From the NCBI GenBank assembly GCA_003212625.1, contig QCPI01000003.1:5747-69746 (forward strand): a stretch of 64,000 nt of DNA, written 5' to 3'. Origin of the DNA: Prochlorococcus sp. AG-436-J02. GTDB taxonomy: Bacteria; Cyanobacteriota; Cyanobacteriia; PCC-6307; Cyanobiaceae. The notes under the pieces were generated by a model, which was not told the origin of the DNA, did not search any database, and saw only the letters and a program-made list of their open reading frames with translations. Made by a program: the position numbers and the translations under genes. Positions 51,785-61,209 of the stretch are shown here, one piece after another; positions within the stretch are counted from its first letter, which is position 1, and each line of letters starts with the position of its first letter.

Positions 51785-52744
51785 ATGAAGAAAGGTAATA
51801 ACATCAAGAAATTTAAATATAAAGTAGCTGCGTTTTACAAGTTTATAAAGATTCTTGATCAAGAAATTCTGTTAATTAAAGAAGAACTAACGAACATAGC
51901 AACGAATCAAGAAATAAAAGGCACTATTTTATTAGCTTCTGAAGGTGTTAACGGCACTGTTTGTGGATCTGAAAACGCGATAGTTCAATTTATTGAAACC
52001 TTGGAGAAACTTTTAAAGGTATCGAAAATCAATGTCAAATATAGTTGGACCGAAAAGCAGGCATTTAGACGCTTTAAAGCTCGTCAGAAAAAAGAAATTG
52101 TCACGATTGGGTTAAAACAAGTTAATCCTGCTAAATCTGTAGGTAAATATATAAAAAGCTGTGAATGGAATGAGTTCCTAGAAGATCCTGATAGTGTTGT
52201 TATTGATACTCGTAATGAGTATGAAATAAAAATTGGAAATTTTGCAGGAGCTCTGAATCCACACACAAGTTCATTTCGTGAATTTCCTGCATGGGTTCAA
52301 AAGCATTTAAAACCTTTAATCGAGGAGAATCCATCTTTGAAAATAGGGATGTATTGTACGGGAGGCATAAGATGCGAGAAAGCTACTTCTTATTTGATAG
52401 ATGAAGGCTTTTCCGATGTACATCATCTTGAAGGTGGAATTCTGAAATATCTAGAAGATGTTTCGCCTGAGAAGAGTTTATGGGAAGGTGAGTGCTTTGT
52501 TTTTGATCAACGTGTCTCTTTAGATCATGACCTCTCACCAGGTTCACACACGATGTGTCATGCTTGTGGATTGCCTATCTCCCCTGAGGATTTAAAAAAG
52601 CCAACCTATATTAAAGGCTTGCAATGTGAGGCTTGTGTGAATAAATTTACAGATAGCGATAGAGCAAGATTTGCAGAAAGACAACGTCAAATTGATGAAA
52701 TAATGAAACGTCTACCTGTAAATTCTATATGGCCAGTCTCATGA
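51785..52744 (+). CDS. trhO: Rhodanese-domain protein, TrhO/UPF0176 family (tRNA U34 hydroxylase)
   Basis: EGVNGT, KKEIVT.G, DTRNEYE, YCTGGIRCEKA, LEGGILKY, GECFVFDQRV. Confidence 0.88.
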   Translation: MKKGNNIKKFKYKVAAFYKFIKILDQEILLIKEELTNIATNQEIKGTILLASEGVNGTVCGSENAIVQFIETLEKLLKVSKINVKYSWTEKQAFRRFKARQKKEIVTIGLKQVNPAKSVGKYIKSCEWNEFLEDPDSVVIDTRNEYEIKIGNFAGALNPHTSSFREFPAWVQKHLKPLIEENPSLKIGMYCTGGIRCEKATSYLIDEGFSDVHHLEGGILKYLEDVSPEKSLWEGECFVFDQRVSLDHDLSPGSHTMCHACGLPISPEDLKKPTYIKGLQCEACVNKFTDSDRARFAERQRQIDEIMKRLPVNSIWPVS

Positions 52745-53241
52745 CCAAAATTAATTTAACTCTATTAGAAAAAGAAGCATCTGATAGAGGTTTGTTGCTT
52801 CGAATACAAGTTAGGAGACCTCTCAATATTTGGTCGTTTAGGCTGGTTGTTGGTGAATTAACTAGTAATGATAAAATTCAATTATGGGGTGAAATGAAAG
52901 GATGGGCGTATCAAAATACTAAAGGTCTTCAGCTTGATACCATGAAGGTTAGTAAGAACGCCCATTCTAAAGTAGGTGATTTAATTTGGGCTGCAACTAT
53001 GGCTTGGACTTTAGAAGAGACTCCATGTCGAAGTGCGAGATTATTGGCTATTTATGATGAGAACAATCAACATGAAATTCTCCAACGTTACTTTCGGAGA
53101 CGTGGATTTAATACTGTGCGTACAGTGGGATCTTCTCCCTTGGACTTGCCATTGAGACTTGTATGGGGAGGCGCAGGTGCATTTATGGTAGGTGATTGTG
53201 AGACTGTCCTTGAAAAAAATTATCGGAGTTGGTCGGAGTAA
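52741..53241 (+). CDS. Conserved hypothetical protein (possible GNAT-like fold)
   Basis: ATG at 52741 overlaps the trhO stop (ATGA); LQLDTM, ARLLAI.D, YFRRRGF, RLVWGGAG. Confidence 0.75.
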   Translation: MTKINLTLLEKEASDRGLLLRIQVRRPLNIWSFRLVVGELTSNDKIQLWGEMKGWAYQNTKGLQLDTMKVSKNAHSKVGDLIWAATMAWTLEETPCRSARLLAIYDENNQHEILQRYFRRRGFNTVRTVGSSPLDLPLRLVWGGAGAFMVGDCETVLEKNYRSWSE

Positions 53242-53251
53242 TTAAATTTTT

Positions 53252-54184
53252 CTAGGAGACTAAATCTAAGGTGTCATTCGCATGGTAACTGCTTCTTACT
53301 AATGGACCGCTGTTTACTTTTTTAAAACCTAACCCCTTTGCTATTTCTGCAAAATCATTGAATTTTGCAGGTGACCAGTAATGAGAAACTGGAATATGAG
53401 CAAGTGAAGGTCGTAAATATTGACCGATAGTTAGATATTGGCAGTCGACTTCTCTTAGGTCTTTAAGGGTTTGGATTATTTCATGAAACTTTTCTCCTAG
53501 TCCAAGCATTATTCCTGATTTTGTAGGAATCTTTGGAGCAATTTCCCTAGCAGATTTAAGAAGGTTTAGTGAATGTTCGTAAGTAGCTCCTCTCCTGACT
53601 TCTCTTTGAAGTCTCTTGACAGTCTCAAGATTATGGTTGAAGCAAATAGGATCAGCCGAGAGAACTAGATTAAGTCGCTCTCTTTGTTTTATGTTGTTGT
53701 CTTTGTTGTTTCCACCCCAGAAATCTGGTGTTAGTACCTCTATCGCGACACCAGGATTCAATAATCTAATTGCTTCCATTGTTGTCGTGAATAGACTTGC
53801 GCCGTGATCAGGTAAATCATCTCTTGCGACTGCGGTTAGTACCACATACTTGAGTTCTAAGACTTGAACAGCCTTTGCAACTTTTTCTGCTTCAAAAAGA
53901 TTTACTTTCTCGGGTGACTTTCCTTTCTCTACTTGGCAGAATGCACAACTCCTTGTACAGATTGAGCCACCTAATAAAAAAGTAGCCGTACCAGCGGCGT
54001 AACATTCACCTCTGTTTGGACATCTACCTTCCTCACAGATTGTATGTAATCTATTTTCCTTTACTAGCTTTTGCACTTTTTCTAGTTGAGATGCGTTCCC
54101 TATGGATGGTTTGATCCAACTAGGTAAACGTTCTTCTGGAAGGGATCTACTATATTTTGTTGTTTTTCTTGTGGATGTGGTCAT
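53252..54184 (-). CDS. lipA: Lipoyl synthase
   Basis: [43 protein letters not shown]. Confidence 0.96.
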   Translation of the reverse strand: MTTSTRKTTKYSRSLPEERLPSWIKPSIGNASQLEKVQKLVKENRLHTICEEGRCPNRGECYAAGTATFLLGGSICTRSCAFCQVEKGKSPEKVNLFEAEKVAKAVQVLELKYVVLTAVARDDLPDHGASLFTTTMEAIRLLNPGVAIEVLTPDFWGGNNKDNNIKQRERLNLVLSADPICFNHNLETVKRLQREVRRGATYEHSLNLLKSAREIAPKIPTKSGIMLGLGEKFHEIIQTLKDLREVDCQYLTIGQYLRPSLAHIPVSHYWSPAKFNDFAEIAKGLGFKKVNSGPLVRSSYHANDTLDLVS

Positions 54185-54196
54185 TTTGTTTGATGA

Positions 54197-54796
54197 TTAA
54201 TCTAAATCTCTACGTCCTTCTAAAGCACGCGAAAGTGTTACCTCATCGGCATATTCCAACTCACTTCCAACAGGAAGTCCATAAGCAATACGAGTGACTT
54301 TTGTGAAAGGTTTTAATAATCTTCCAACATAAAGACTCGTAGTATCACCTTCAATACTTGGAGTTAAGGCAAGTATGACTTCTTTTATATTTTCTTTATC
54401 CACTCTTCTTATAAGACTTGATATTTCAAGCATCTCTGGTCCAATGCCATCCATAGGAGAAATCAGTCCACCAATAACATGATAAAGCCCTTTGTACTCT
54501 CGAGTTCGCTCAAGTGCAAGTAAATCTCTTGACTCGGAAACAACGCAAATTAGATCTAGATTTCTTTCTTTGTTTAAGCAAATTTCGCATAGTTCTCCTG
54601 CCGTTAAATGAAAACACTTCTTGCATTGACCTACTTGATTTTTCGCATTAACTAGAGCTTCTGAAAACAATCTTATTTTGTCTTCTGGCTGACGCAAAAG
54701 ATGAAGAGCTAATCTTTGAGCAGTTCTGGGGCCGATACCAGGCAATTGCTCAAACTGATCAATTAATTTAGATAATGGTCTAGTGAAGCCGCTCAG
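54197..54796 (-). CDS. recR: Recombination mediator RecR (extended 17 codons to a CTG start)
   Basis: [14 protein letters not shown]4 zinc finger and Toprim domain. The in-frame upstream sequence (L)[16 protein letters not shown] is the RecR N-terminal helix and is bounded by an in-frame TGA. Confidence 0.93.
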   Translation of the reverse strand: MSGFTRPLSKLIDQFEQLPGIGPRTAQRLALHLLRQPEDKIRLFSEALVNAKNQVGQCKKCFHLTAGELCEICLNKERNLDLICVVSESRDLLALERTREYKGLYHVIGGLISPMDGIGPEMLEISSLIRRVDKENIKEVILALTPSIEGDTTSLYVGRLLKPFTKVTRIAYGLPVGSELEYADEVTLSRALEGRRDLD

Positions 54797-54915
54797 AGTT
54801 CAGAAGCAATTAACTTGAATGTAGTCAGACTTTTATCTGGGTTGCAGTAATTTAAAGAAGATTTTCGTCAGTTAAATTAGAAATGTATCAAAATAGTGAT
54901 GCTTGAGTCTCCAAA

Positions 54916-55461
54916 ATGATCAAATTTTTTCGAACATCTTTTAAATCCCTTTTAGCTATAGCGTTGATCTTGACGCTCGGAGCTTGCTCTACAGGGGGAG
55001 CGGCAGGGTTGGAACCTTTTAAAAGTCAAGATGGACGATATGGTTTTCTTTTCCCAACAGGGTGGACGAGAGTGGCTGTCGATAATGGACCAGAGGTTGT
55101 TTACCATGACTTGATCAATTCCGATGAAACTCTCAGTCTAGTAATTTCTAAATTGGAAAATGAAGTGGATTTAGATGATTTGGGTGGGGCGGATGCTGTA
55201 GGGGAAAGACTTTTCGGTATAAAAAATAGTAATAATCCTATTCAATTAATTGATGCTTCAGAGAGGGAAGTTGATGAACGCAAATTCTATGATCTTGAAT
55301 ACTCTATTGATTTAGAAGAAAAGAGTAGGCACGAAATCGCTACTGTCGTCGTCGATAGAGGTTATTTATATACACTTGCTGCTAGCACTAATGAACAACG
55401 CTGGTCAAAAATGCAAGACACTTTTAAAAGAGTAATTAGCTCTTTCACTTTTTTTATATAA
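54916..55461 (+). CDS. psbP: CyanoP (PsbP-like PSII lipoprotein)
   Basis: Lipobox LGAC, DGRYGFLFPTGW, DLIN..ETLSLVIS, FYDLEY, RGYLYT. Confidence 0.9.
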   Translation: MIKFFRTSFKSLLAIALILTLGACSTGGAAGLEPFKSQDGRYGFLFPTGWTRVAVDNGPEVVYHDLINSDETLSLVISKLENEVDLDDLGGADAVGERLFGIKNSNNPIQLIDASEREVDERKFYDLEYSIDLEEKSRHEIATVVVDRGYLYTLAASTNEQRWSKMQDTFKRVISSFTFFI

Positions 55462-55462
55462 C

Positions 55463-57268
55463 TTAAGTATGATTTTCACCAGCTTGGATTTTCCACAGGT
55501 AGTAATAGAAATCTCTATTTTTTAGAAGAGAAATATGTGTTCCTTTCTCGATAATTTTACCTTTATCTAAAACTATAATTTCGTCAGCATCTATTACCGT
55601 GCTTAAACGATGTGCAATAACAATTGTTGTACAACTATTTGTTATCTTCTTTAAAGATCTTTGAATCGCGGCTTCAGTTTCATTGTCTACAGATGCTGTT
55701 GCCTCATCTAATATTAATATTGGTGCGTTTTTTAAGATTGCCCTCGCGATAGCAATTCTTTGTCTTTGTCCGCCTGATAACTTTTGTCCTCTTTCTCCCA
55801 CTATTGTTTTTAACCCTTCTGGCAGTTGACTAATAAATTCAGTTGCTTCAGCAATATCGGCAGCCTTTTTTATTTTAGATTTATCAATATTTTGTGATCC
55901 ATAAGAAATATTTTCTTCAATTGTACCTTGGAATAAATAGGTTTCCTGACTAACTAAGGCAATACAACGCCGAAGACTTTTTAAATTAAGCGATTCAATT
56001 GACTTCCCATCAATTTCTATTGAACCATCATTGATTTTGTACAACCTTAATAATAGTTTTACAAGTGTACTTTTACCAGAACCTGTTGCACCTACAATTC
56101 CAACTTTTTTCCCAGGCTTAATATTTAAATGAAAGTTTTTTAGTATTTGAGATCTACCCTCATACGTGAAATTAACATCTTTAAATGTTATTTCACCTTT
56201 AATATCATTAGGAGCTAACATTAATGTTCCAGTTTTAATTGTAATGGGAGTATCTATTAGATCTAAGACTCTATTTGTTGATGCCATTGACCTTTGATAA
56301 TCATCTAAAATATGACCAAGTGTAGTCAATGGCCACAAGAGTCTTTGTGTGATGAATACTAAAAAACTATAAGTTCCCACAGGCATATATCCTTTCCATG
56401 CCTGGAAGCCTCCAGCGATTAATATTGCAAGGAAAGCAAAAAGTATTGCAAAACGAATTAAGGGTATGAAGGCTGCTGATAATTTAATAGCCTTTCTATT
56501 ACTTTTTTGATATGAATTACTATCGATTTTTAATCTTTCAAGCTCCCAACTCTCAGTAGCAAAACTTTTTATTGTAAGCATTCCGCTTAGATTATTATTT
56601 AGTCTTGAAGCAAGGTCTCCAGCTTTTTCTCTTACTTCACGGTAACGAGGGGCTAGGTTTTTTTGAAAATTAATAGAACCCCATAGAATAAATGGAATTG
56701 GGATAAATGCTAATATTGCAATTCCAGGAGCTAAGAAAATCATTGCTCCACCAACAATGCAAACAGTAATTATTAATTGAATGATTTTGTTGGCACCTTC
56801 ATCTAGAAATCTTTCTAATTGATTTATATCATCATTTAAGATAGTCATTAATCTTCCAGTATTATCTGATTCGAAGAATGTCATTTCTAGTTTTTGTAAA
56901 TGGTCATATGCCTTAATTCTTAAATAGTGTTGTGTTTTTTGAGCTAGATTTCTCCACATTAATCCATATAGATATTCAAAAAATGATTCAGCACTCCATA
57001 TAAAAAAAGAGATAAATGAAAGTGCAATTAATTGATCTGGAACTGTATTAATTCCAATAGATCCAAGCCAAGAACTCTCTTTTCTTACTACAACATCAAC
57101 TGATATGCCAATTAAAACAGGTGGAGCCAGATCAAAAAATTTATTTAATACTGAGCAAGTAATAGCTGAGTAAATTAGATTGTTTTGACTTTTAAGATTA
57201 CTTAAAAGCCTTGTTAACGGTTTTTTATCTTTTTTTGAAATTAATTTATTCATTTTATATGGATTCAA
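55463..57268 (-). CDS. ABC exporter, fused permease/ATPase (MsbA/MdlB-like)
   Basis: N-terminal TM domain, GATGSGKS, LSGGQRQR, LDEATASVD, IAHRLST. Confidence 0.93.
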   Translation of the reverse strand: MNPYKMNKLISKKDKKPLTRLLSNLKSQNNLIYSAITCSVLNKFFDLAPPVLIGISVDVVVRKESSWLGSIGINTVPDQLIALSFISFFIWSAESFFEYLYGLMWRNLAQKTQHYLRIKAYDHLQKLEMTFFESDNTGRLMTILNDDINQLERFLDEGANKIIQLIITVCIVGGAMIFLAPGIAILAFIPIPFILWGSINFQKNLAPRYREVREKAGDLASRLNNNLSGMLTIKSFATESWELERLKIDSNSYQKSNRKAIKLSAAFIPLIRFAILFAFLAILIAGGFQAWKGYMPVGTYSFLVFITQRLLWPLTTLGHILDDYQRSMASTNRVLDLIDTPITIKTGTLMLAPNDIKGEITFKDVNFTYEGRSQILKNFHLNIKPGKKVGIVGATGSGKSTLVKLLLRLYKINDGSIEIDGKSIESLNLKSLRRCIALVSQETYLFQGTIEENISYGSQNIDKSKIKKAADIAEATEFISQLPEGLKTIVGERGQKLSGGQRQRIAIARAILKNAPILILDEATASVDNETEAAIQRSLKKITNSCTTIVIAHRLSTVIDADEIIVLDKGKIIEKGTHISLLKNRDFYYYLWKIQAGENHT

Positions 57269-57274
57269 TATGGT

Positions 57275-57559
57275 TTAGAGATTGTATTTTTCAGAAGCTT
57301 TATTCTTACAGTAAATACGAGAGTTTTTAAATGAATTGCCATACTTATATTTTTTTAAAAAGCATTCACATGTGAATTTACTAATTTCATTAAAATTTAT
57401 TTTCATCTTTAATTCTTTTTTTGACTTTAATGTTGCAACACAAAATTTATAAATAAGACTATTTTGAGTAATATTTCTTGCTAGTTGAGATTCCAAAGGA
57501 GTATTTATCTCTAAGATAAGAAATGTAAGGATGCTACTGCATAATAATTTATTAGGCAT
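57275..57559 (-). CDS. Small hypothetical protein with Cys motifs, possibly secreted
   Basis: 94 aa; signal-like N-terminus and conserved-looking Cys pattern (FC..., FTCECF, YC). Confidence 0.65.
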   Translation of the reverse strand: MPNKLLCSSILTFLILEINTPLESQLARNITQNSLIYKFCVATLKSKKELKMKINFNEISKFTCECFLKKYKYGNSFKNSRIYCKNKASEKYNL

Positions 57560-57572
57560 ATTTTTCTTCTTA

Positions 57573-59339
57573 TTAGTCAGTTCTATTTATTTGTAATTCT
57601 CTATTCATTACTTTGACTTTTTTTAGAGCCTGAAAAACTTTTTCTGGCATTTGTTTTGGCAAATCTACTAGGCTGTAATTTTCAAATATTCTGATCCTTC
57701 CAATCATTCTTCCTCTTAATCCAGCTTCGTTTGCTATCGCTCCAACTAAATTCCCAGGCTTCACTCTATCTCTGTGCCCTACTTCAACTCTGAATCTCTC
57801 CATTTCATCTTCGAGTCTATTATTGTCAAAATCTCCTCTGCGACGTTGCTTGGATTTATTATCTCTTCTATCATTTCTTAAACCCCTTTGAGCTGATTGC
57901 CTGATCCAATCCTCATTCCCTTGCTCAAGTAGTGAACTAAAACCAACTGCTAAATTTAATGCAGCAAGAGTTAATTCTTTTGGATCTATATCTAATTCAT
58001 TCTCAACATTTTGAATTAATTCTTCTAAAATATTAGTCTCTTCTGGATTCTCTCTATCTGTTGAAGCTGCTTTTATTAATTTTGCTTGAAGTTTTTTAAT
58101 ACGATTGTTGTTGATAAGTTCATTGTCTGGGATATCCATTTTTTCAATAGGTTGACCTACTGCTCTTTCAAGATTACTTAGAAATGATCTTTCTCTAGGG
58201 TTAACAAAAAGAATGGCCTCACCATTTCTTCCTGCACGTCCAGTTCTACCAATTCTATGAACATATGCTTCACGGTCAAATGGCATATCATAATTAATCA
58301 CTAAACCAATTCGATCTACATCAAGTCCTCTTGCCGCGACATCTGTCGCTACCAAAATGTTGATAGACCCATGTCTTAATCTTTCAACAGTTCGTTCCCT
58401 TTGATTTTGGGGGATATCTCCATTTAAAATAGCTACGTTATATCCAAATGATTCTAATTTTTCAGCTACTACAATTGTAATTGCTTTTGTTCTCGCGAAG
58501 ATAATTACACCTTCTTCAGATACCGCTTCAAGGACTCTTTGAAGCGCATTGATTTTATAAACATTTTGAACGGTTATATACCTTTGCCTGATTAGGCGTT
58601 CTTTTAATTCTGTTGCTTTTATAGTTATTTCTGCAGGACTATTTAAATATTTTTTTGATAATCTTCTTATCTCAGAAGGCATTGTTGCCGAGAATAGGAC
58701 TAATTGTCTTTCATCTGGCAATTGTTCTAAAATCCATTCCACATCATCAATAAAACCCATTCTTAGCATTTCATCTGCCTCATCTAGAACTAAACAACCT
58801 AGATGACTAGTGTTAAGAGTCCCTTGGCGCATGTGATCCATTACTCGCCCTGGAGTCCCTACGACAACATCCACTCCTCTTCTAAGTGTGTTGATTTGAT
58901 TTCTGAAATCAGACCCTCCATAGATCGCTAGAACTTTTAAATGAGGATGACCTGCAGCATAAGAGCGAAATGATTCGGCCACTTGCATTGCTAATTCCCT
59001 GGTGGGAGCAAGAACTAAGACTTGTGGGTATCCAATGTTCCTTTTCAGTCTTTCTAGAATTGGCAATGCAAATGCGGCTGTCTTACCTGTACCGGTTTGG
59101 GCTTGACCAACTAAATCTCTACCTAGAAGTAATTCAGGAATTGCTGCTTTTTGTATCGGAGTGGGTGATAAGTATCCTTTATTAGAGAGTGTTTGAATTA
59201 GTTCTTCACTAAAACTAAATTCCGAAAATCCATTTTCTGGATTTTGCTCACCTTCAATCAATAAATCCTCAGAAGACTCTTCTTGAGCATCTTGATCTGA
59301 TGGACACGAGAAATCCTCGTGTGAATTTTTATTTTTCAT
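57573..59339 (-). CDS. deaD: DEAD-box RNA helicase (DeaD/CsdA type with DbpA-like RNA-binding domain)
   Basis: Q motif, AQTGTGKT, PTRELA, DEAD, SAT, ARGLD, HRIGRTGRAG, C-terminal VGAIANE. Confidence 0.93.
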   Translation of the reverse strand: MKNKNSHEDFSCPSDQDAQEESSEDLLIEGEQNPENGFSEFSFSEELIQTLSNKGYLSPTPIQKAAIPELLLGRDLVGQAQTGTGKTAAFALPILERLKRNIGYPQVLVLAPTRELAMQVAESFRSYAAGHPHLKVLAIYGGSDFRNQINTLRRGVDVVVGTPGRVMDHMRQGTLNTSHLGCLVLDEADEMLRMGFIDDVEWILEQLPDERQLVLFSATMPSEIRRLSKKYLNSPAEITIKATELKERLIRQRYITVQNVYKINALQRVLEAVSEEGVIIFARTKAITIVVAEKLESFGYNVAILNGDIPQNQRERTVERLRHGSINILVATDVAARGLDVDRIGLVINYDMPFDREAYVHRIGRTGRAGRNGEAILFVNPRERSFLSNLERAVGQPIEKMDIPDNELINNNRIKKLQAKLIKAASTDRENPEETNILEELIQNVENELDIDPKELTLAALNLAVGFSSLLEQGNEDWIRQSAQRGLRNDRRDNKSKQRRRGDFDNNRLEDEMERFRVEVGHRDRVKPGNLVGAIANEAGLRGRMIGRIRIFENYSLVDLPKQMPEKVFQALKKVKVMNRELQINRTD

Positions 59340-59430
59340 CTAATAATGGTTGCCTTTTTGTCCTTCAAATTAGGCAGACAACTTCCGATCGGTATATAAC
59401 CGTGCTTTGCTGACTCGCCTTGTTAAAGGG

Positions 59431-59436
59431 ATTATA
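59431..59436 (-). promoter_or_regulatory. Putative -10 element (TATAAT) of deaD
   Basis: Perfect TATAAT on the minus strand about 92 nt upstream of the ATG, at the edge of a GC-richer leader. Confidence 0.5.
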
Positions 59437-59487
59437 AATTAATTTTATCATCTCAAAAATCCTTTTAGGAACAAGTTGAGTGCATTT

Positions 59488-61209
59488 TTAAAAGTCTTCT
59501 TCTTTATTTGTAATTACCATTAAATATTGTCTTGCACGTGTTATTGCTGTATAGATCATTCTTTTTTCATAATCTTTTGAATATATTTTGTTGAGATTAT
59601 TCTCTTTTGAGATGCTTGAGGTATCTGGCCAAAGTAAAAGAACTTGATTGGCTTCACTTCCTTGTGATTTATGAATTGTCATCGCAAATGCAGCATCAAA
59701 AGTATTTAATCTTGATGGGTTTATTAAGCGAGTAACTAGTTTTTGCTCATCAGAAAAGACATTAAATAAAAAACGTCTTTTCTCACCATTAGCAATAATT
59801 ATTCCAATATCTCCATTTGCTAGACCTATGTCTGGTTGATTACTTCTTGCCATGATTGGTGTTCCTTGTTCCCAGGTTTGTTCCCCTTTTTTAAAATTTT
59901 CTCCTAAGAGTAACTGGTTGATTTTTTGTACGCCCCAAGGCCCATATTTTTGAGGGCAAAGTACAAGTAGACTTTCTATAAAATTAAAGAGATTAAGTAT
60001 TTTAACTGAAGTTGGCACCTCAATCATGCTTGATTGCCATGCTTCTTCAGGAATAGAATCAAAACAATCTGATGTTAATTCTTGAAGCTTCTTTCTATAG
60101 TTGAAAAGAGTGCTGACTACGGGATCTGGAATGATTTTTATAGATGAGACGTGTTGGCTTATATTTGATGAATTTTGTTTAATTGAAAGCATCTGCCAAA
60201 AGGCAGCTAACCCTTCTCCTTTTAGTGTATTTCTTAATAAAGCAATATCTCCTTTGTTTCGATATGATTTTGTAAGTCTTACTGAATTTGATAGAAAGTT
60301 GTTTTGCATAGCTTTACTTTGTAAGATTTGCCATATACCACCACTTTCTACTGGTAAAAGTTGGTTAGGGTCACCTACTAAAATTATTTGACAGGATTTT
60401 GGTAATGCATCAAGTAATCCATTGATAATTGACAAGTCAACCATCGACATTTCATCTATCACAATTATATCTAATTTAAGTAGGCGATGAGAATTTCTCT
60501 TGAAGCCGTTAGGTCCTGCTTCTAACCATTTATGTAATGTTTTACAAGGAATCTTTAAAAGTTTATCCTTTAAAGGATCTTCAAAACCTTTAATACCATC
60601 CTGAACAGTATCTTTTAGCTTTTTTGCTGCCTTCCCTGTTGGAGCAGCCATCGCAATATCAAGTGAAGGATTTATCGTTAGTGCTCGTAAAAGCATCTGA
60701 AGTATGGTGCTGGTCTTACCCGTACCCGGACCTCCACTTAATAAAATAACTTTTTCACTTGCAACAAGATTAACCGCTCTTTTTTGTTGTGTATTTAGAT
60801 GATCTTCTTTTTTGGAATTAATTCGATCTTCAACTTCTAAAGATAGAGGTTTTACAGGTTTATTTCTTAAGAGTATTTTTTGAATGGTCGCAACTATCTC
60901 ATTATGTGTTCGACGCCAACTAATCATATCTTCATTTAAAACTATAGGAGAGTTCTCTCCCTTAGACCAACCACTCGCTAATAAAGCCTTCATGTGAAAA
61001 TCGGGCCAACCTTTATATTTGAGCTCAATATCTATAGGAGATTTCCTGGTGTCTATATAAATCTCTCCCCTTGATAATCCATCCATTAGTATATTTACGA
61101 TATCAATTAAAGCATCGTTATATTCATTCGGTGGGAAATAGCGAATCAGAGTTGTTAATATAGATGTACTTATATCAGTTGAGAATCTTGTTTTAAATGT
61201 TTCTTTCAT
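59488..61209 (-). CDS. recD: Exodeoxyribonuclease V alpha subunit
   Basis: GGPGTGKT, APTGKAA, IDEMSMVD, GDPNQL, NGDIG, MTIHKSQGSE, YTAITRA; follows recB. Confidence 0.92.
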   Translation of the reverse strand: MKETFKTRFSTDISTSILTTLIRYFPPNEYNDALIDIVNILMDGLSRGEIYIDTRKSPIDIELKYKGWPDFHMKALLASGWSKGENSPIVLNEDMISWRRTHNEIVATIQKILLRNKPVKPLSLEVEDRINSKKEDHLNTQQKRAVNLVASEKVILLSGGPGTGKTSTILQMLLRALTINPSLDIAMAAPTGKAAKKLKDTVQDGIKGFEDPLKDKLLKIPCKTLHKWLEAGPNGFKRNSHRLLKLDIIVIDEMSMVDLSIINGLLDALPKSCQIILVGDPNQLLPVESGGIWQILQSKAMQNNFLSNSVRLTKSYRNKGDIALLRNTLKGEGLAAFWQMLSIKQNSSNISQHVSSIKIIPDPVVSTLFNYRKKLQELTSDCFDSIPEEAWQSSMIEVPTSVKILNLFNFIESLLVLCPQKYGPWGVQKINQLLLGENFKKGEQTWEQGTPIMARSNQPDIGLANGDIGIIIANGEKRRFLFNVFSDEQKLVTRLINPSRLNTFDAAFAMTIHKSQGSEANQVLLLWPDTSSISKENNLNKIYSKDYEKRMIYTAITRARQYLMVITNKEEDF

